Of a stretch of DNA of 64,000 bases, positions 63,488-64,000 are shown piece after piece (positions within the stretch are counted from its first letter, which is position 1; each line of letters starts with the position of its first letter). The notes beneath the pieces were generated by a model that saw only the letters and a list, made by a program, of their open reading frames with translations, had not been told where the DNA came from and made no database searches. Origin of the DNA: Blasia pusilla (taxonomy: Eukaryota). The position numbers and the translations under genes were made by a program. The stretch lies in contig CM114271.1 of assembly GCA_050084515.1 (NCBI GenBank), forward strand, positions 32,860,001 through 32,924,000, given 5' to 3'.

Positions 63488-64000
63488 TTATATCATAGCG
63501 GAAATACATGTACAACACTTCAAATTTTGGTGACGTAAAAATACTTCACAAAGTTCAACAATGATCGAGCATTGGAGTTTGCGCATGTCTCTTGCAAGAA
63601 AGATTGTGATGGAGCCTTCCTACAAAATTGCAAAAGGTCATGCTCGGGTTCATCCTTCGGACTTCCCCACATTTATAGTGTGCGGAGTTTAATAGGATCT
63701 CTGACCGAAAAGAGATCGAGAACCGATGATATCGGATGAGCCGATGGAACATGAAGAATCGTCGGGAAGAAAATATTCAAACTTTGAAATTCCATTGGCC
63801 TGAACAATGCATAAGATTTTTTTAACCGAACTAAGAAGGAGTTTGTGAGTTTGTGACCAAATTGAGAGGGAATTGTTGGCTAATGATAATGGTTCATCCA
63901 ATTATGTCGCCGCATTCAATCTGATTGCCTCCACTTGTGATTGCACCTTCTTCAATTCCTTTAAGTCCCCCCCCTTATTTAGTTCCTTCGACACCACTCT

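Noticed and set aside
59200-64000. Short minus-strand ORFs (59297, 59610, 61280, 61569, 63555, 63689) and an LTR-like stretch at about 60100-61260
   Set aside because: Probably decayed TE sequence, but I could not identify any motif or terminus with confidence.

Overview
Transposon-dense land-plant genomic DNA. A non-flowering lineage is plausible but cannot be proven from this window. The only intact host gene I can support is an 8-exon eIF2-beta gene on the minus strand (25851-31252, about 287 aa); its 3.3-kb second intron is filled with 3' fragments of a (TC)n-associated LINE. The rest is mostly decayed mobile DNA. There are three divergent Helitron-like RepHel remnants, each followed by the same unannotated multi-exon accessory gene. 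A Ty3/gypsy-type element (gag, RT, RNase H, DDE integrase, C-terminal PHD finger) sits inside one Helitron, and its terminal repeats are arranged as split direct repeats (B...A-B-A) rather than two LTRs. Also present are CACTA-like composites, including a near-identical 2.25-kb block present twice, a deleted hAT transposase, small TC...CTAG Helitrons, LTR fragments, and pseudogenised host fragments (intron-containing QCR6, LBD). All identities and alignments were judged by eye; no database searches were run.
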